Source: Methanocellales archaeon
GTDB lineage: Archaea; Halobacteriota; JAWCLZ01
Direction: 5' to 3'
Length of the DNA: 18,641 nt
NCBI GenBank assembly: GCA_038850285.1
Contig: JAWCMA010000006.1
Coordinates: forward strand, 18,266-36,906
Shown: in pieces, positions 15,821 to 18,641 of the stretch
How the letters are laid out: each line of letters begins with the position of its first letter
Numbering within the stretch: the stretch's first letter is position 1
Position numbers and translations under genes: made by a program
The notes under the pieces: generated by a model
Database searches by the model: none
Told to the model about the DNA's origin: nothing
What the model saw: the letters and a program-made list of their open reading frames with translations, nothing else

Positions 15821-18430
15821 ATGATCGATGTTCAGCAAGAGTTACCAAAGGAATATGATCCGCATGAAATTGAGGAAAAATGGCTCAAGCAGTGGGATTA
15901 CTCGATGTATCATTTCAACTGGAGCAAGCGCTCTAGGAAGGAGCGATATATTATCGACACACCTCCCCCTTATCCAACGGGTAATTTCCACTGCGGCAAT
16001 GCATTGAACTGGTGCTACATAGATTTCATTGCTCGCTATAAGAGAATGCGCGGGTATAATGTGATGTTTCCCCAAGGTTGGGATTGCCATGGCTTGCCAA
16101 CTGAAGTCAAGGTGGAGCAGATTCTTGGAGTAAAAAAGCGGGATCTAAGTCGCGAGGAATTCCGCGCTCTCTGTGAAAAATTCACGCTGGAGAATATTGA
16201 GAAGATGCGCAGCACGATGATTCGCCTTGGTTTTTCCATTGACTGGAGTAATGAATATGTTACAATGCACCCTAGCTATTATGCCAAGACTCAGATTTCC
16301 TTCGTCAGGATGTACAAAGCTGGCTTGATCTATCAAGCTGACCACCCTGTGAACTGGTGCCCGCGCTGTGAAACTGCAATTGCATTATCAGAGGTTGAAT
16401 ATCAAAAGCGCATTACCTCTCTTTATTACATTCACTTCGGCGGAATTGATATCGCTACTACTCGCCCTGAGTTGATACCTGCTTGTGTAGCAATAGCGAT
16501 TAATCCAAATGACGAGCGCTATATCTCAATTGCGGGGAAAAAAATCAAGGTGCCCATATTTGACTATGAGGTACCTGTAATCCTGGATAGCGTTGTTGAT
16601 GCAAAATTTGGCACTGGTGCAGTGATGATCTGCACCTTTGGGGATAGACAGGATGTTAAATGGTGGAAGGAGCATTCTCTAGAACTTAGGAAAGCGATCA
16701 CTAAAGATGGTAGAATGACCGAGCTTGCAGGTAAATATAAGGGTTTGAGCTTAGATGAATGCAAAAAAGCAATTATTCAAGACTTAAAGGAACTTGGGCT
16801 TATCTATAAAGAGGAAATGGTGGAGCAGAACGTTGGCTTATGTTGGCGCTGTGATACTCCCATTGAAATTCTCTCCGAGAAACAGTGGTTCGTGAAGGTT
16901 AATCGAGATGAGGTTTTAAAAACAGCACAAGAAGTAAAATGGGTGCCTCAACATATGTACATTCGGCTTAAAAACTGGGTGGAAAGCATGGAGTGGGACT
17001 GGTGCATCTCTAGGCAAAGGGTATTCGCCACGCCAATTCCAGCTTGGTATTGCTTAAAATGCGATGAAACAATGGTGGCTAAAGAAGAATGGCTTCCTCT
17101 AGATCCAAATCAAACAATGCCAAAGGAGCCCTGTAAATGCGGCTCCTGCGATTTCAAGCCTGAGCAAGATGTGCTTGATACTTGGATGGATAGCTCCATT
17201 ACACCTTTAATTGTCGCGGGCTGGCTTGCTGATAAACCTTTCCTCTATCCTACAGAGCTCCGTCCTCAGGGTCACGATATAATTCGAACTTGGGCATTTT
17301 ATACTATTTTGAGATCCAGAGCACTAACTGGGATGAAACCTTGGGATACGATTTTGATAAATGGAATGGTCTTTGGTGAAGATGGATTTATGATGAGCAA
17401 GTCTCGAGGCAATATCGTTCAGCCTGAAGAAGTTGTGGAGAAATATGGAGCAGATGTATTTCGACAGTGGGCTGCAATCAGCGGCTCGCCTGGCTCTGAT
17501 ATAATGTTCGGCTGGAAAGATATAGAGGCTGCCTCAAGATTTACTCAGAAGCTCTGGAGTATAGCGAGGTTTTGCTTGATTCATCTCAAGGAAAAACCTA
17601 GGAAAACAGAGCTTTATCCCGTGGATAAATGGCTGCTTTCTAAGCTGCAGAAGTTGATTGAAGAAGTTACTGGGGATATGGAGAACTATGAGTTTGACGA
17701 CGCGCTTAAGAGAATTCGCAGCTTCACTTGGGATATATTGGCGGATAACTACATTGAAATGGTGAAGTATCGCTTGTATGGGAGGGATAAAAAAGCGCTG
17801 CGAGCAGCGCAATATTCACTTTATACCGCAATTCAAACGTTAGCTAGACTGCTTGCTCCATTCATTCCCTTTCTAGCGGAGGAAATTTATTCCAGGATAA
17901 CCAAGGGTATAAAGAGTGTTCATCTGCAAAAATGGCCAGAGGCTGAGGAGAGTTTGATAGATGAAGCTGCTGAGAAAGAAGGCGAATTGATTAAGCAAAT
18001 TACGAGTGCTATAAGAAGATATAAATCGGAGCACGGCATAGCTTTGAACGCTCCTTTAAAGGGAATTCAACTTTACTCTCCCCTTTCAAATGTCGCTGAC
18101 GTTGAGGGCACGGTGAATGCAAGGGTGGAGATACTTAAAGAGAAACCAGTTTTGGAAGATATCGTGAGAGAAGTGAAGCCAAAAATGCAAGTACTAGGCC
18201 CTAGGTTTAAAAATCGAGCTGGGGATATCGCTAGGGCTTTGAGTAAAATCGATCCTGAGGAAGCTGCAAAAATGCTTGAAGAGAGAGGTAAACTGCTTAT
18301 AAAGCTAAATGAAGAGCTGATAGAACTTGAACCTAGCTGCATTGAATTAAAGCGGGATAGAGTGCTTAAGGGTAAAGTAGTTGATGTGCTTAACGTGGGT
18401 GAGGATATCATAGCTATTATAATGAAATAA
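15821..18430 (+). CDS. valS: Valine--tRNA ligase (archaeal type)
   Basis: [87 protein letters not shown] upstream. Confidence 0.97.
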   Translation: MIDVQQELPKEYDPHEIEEKWLKQWDYSMYHFNWSKRSRKERYIIDTPPPYPTGNFHCGNALNWCYIDFIARYKRMRGYNVMFPQGWDCHGLPTEVKVEQILGVKKRDLSREEFRALCEKFTLENIEKMRSTMIRLGFSIDWSNEYVTMHPSYYAKTQISFVRMYKAGLIYQADHPVNWCPRCETAIALSEVEYQKRITSLYYIHFGGIDIATTRPELIPACVAIAINPNDERYISIAGKKIKVPIFDYEVPVILDSVVDAKFGTGAVMICTFGDRQDVKWWKEHSLELRKAITKDGRMTELAGKYKGLSLDECKKAIIQDLKELGLIYKEEMVEQNVGLCWRCDTPIEILSEKQWFVKVNRDEVLKTAQEVKWVPQHMYIRLKNWVESMEWDWCISRQRVFATPIPAWYCLKCDETMVAKEEWLPLDPNQTMPKEPCKCGSCDFKPEQDVLDTWMDSSITPLIVAGWLADKPFLYPTELRPQGHDIIRTWAFYTILRSRALTGMKPWDTILINGMVFGEDGFMMSKSRGNIVQPEEVVEKYGADVFRQWAAISGSPGSDIMFGWKDIEAASRFTQKLWSIARFCLIHLKEKPRKTELYPVDKWLLSKLQKLIEEVTGDMENYEFDDALKRIRSFTWDILADNYIEMVKYRLYGRDKKALRAAQYSLYTAIQTLARLLAPFIPFLAEEIYSRITKGIKSVHLQKWPEAEESLIDEAAEKEGELIKQITSAIRRYKSEHGIALNAPLKGIQLYSPLSNVADVEGTVNARVEILKEKPVLEDIVREVKPKMQVLGPRFKNRAGDIARALSKIDPEEAAKMLEERGKLLIKLNEELIELEPSCIELKRDRVLKGKVVDVLNVGEDIIAIIMK

Positions 18431-18470
18431 AATAAAAATAAAATAATAAAATAACAATAAAATAATAAAC
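18428..18470 (-). terminator. (TAAAA)n low-complexity tract, reading as oligo-T runs on the minus strand
   Basis: TAAAATAAAAATAAAATAATAAAATAACAATAAAATAATAAAC immediately after the valS stop. Confidence 0.35.
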
Positions 18471-18517
18471 ATGGAACAATGGATAACTATTTATTTCGTA
18501 ATTGGAAAAAAATATTG

Positions 18518-18640
18518 CTATGAATAAGTGGCTTTATCACCGCTTCCCAAATCGTTCTCCGGATTTTGAGCAGAGGTATCGATATAGATCGGACCTAGCT
18601 CATTTGTTAAGAGTAATGGCAGGTTTGAATAAAAAATTTG
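18518..18640 (-). CDS. Possible 3' end of a convergent minus-strand gene entering from beyond the window
   Basis: Open frame QIFYSNLPLLLTNELGPIYIDTSAQNPENDLGSGDKATYS* ending at 18518, followed by minus-strand T tracts. A competing plus-strand frame from ATG 18471 is also open. Confidence 0.25.
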   Translation of the reverse strand, partial: QIFYSNLPLLLTNELGPIYIDTSAQNPENDLGSGDKATYS

Positions 18641-18641
18641 G

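Noticed and set aside
346-18411. Numerous 60-125 aa antisense or alternate-frame ORFs in the ORF track
   Set aside because: They overlap well-supported genes and show no motifs; treated as shadow ORFs.
18471-18641. Plus-strand ORF MEQWITIYF... running off the window
   Set aside because: No SD or recognisable motif, and it competes with an equally open minus-strand frame; cannot be resolved in this window.

Overview
Archaeal chromosomal window; the ValRS, HemK2 and FmdE sequences suggest a Methanomicrobia/Halobacteriota-like lineage (inference). It is mostly housekeeping and metabolic. Left part: a partial GlcD-type FAD oxidoreductase, a GlcF/HdrD-like CCG Fe-S protein, a 918-aa GlcD-GlcF fusion lacking the usual EHG metal motif, and a DJ-1/PfpI protein, followed by an HTH-CBS regulator divergent from a GTP-dependent PEP carboxykinase and a small winged-helix protein. 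Middle: fmdE-purL (with fused PurS-like N-terminus)-purQ on the minus strand, a 54-aa small protein, and a minus-strand thioesterase / HemK2 methyltransferase / TIM-barrel cluster. Right: an HtrA protease without signal peptide and valS. The most striking non-coding signal is a roughly 80-nt structured RNA at 15640-15717, between htrA and valS. It has the architecture of an archaeal box H/ACA guide (basal stem, pocket, K-turn, ACA), and its pocket is complementary to the conserved 16S rRNA helix-34 sequence GGAGGUGCAUGGCCG. No mobile element, CRISPR array, tRNA or rRNA was seen.
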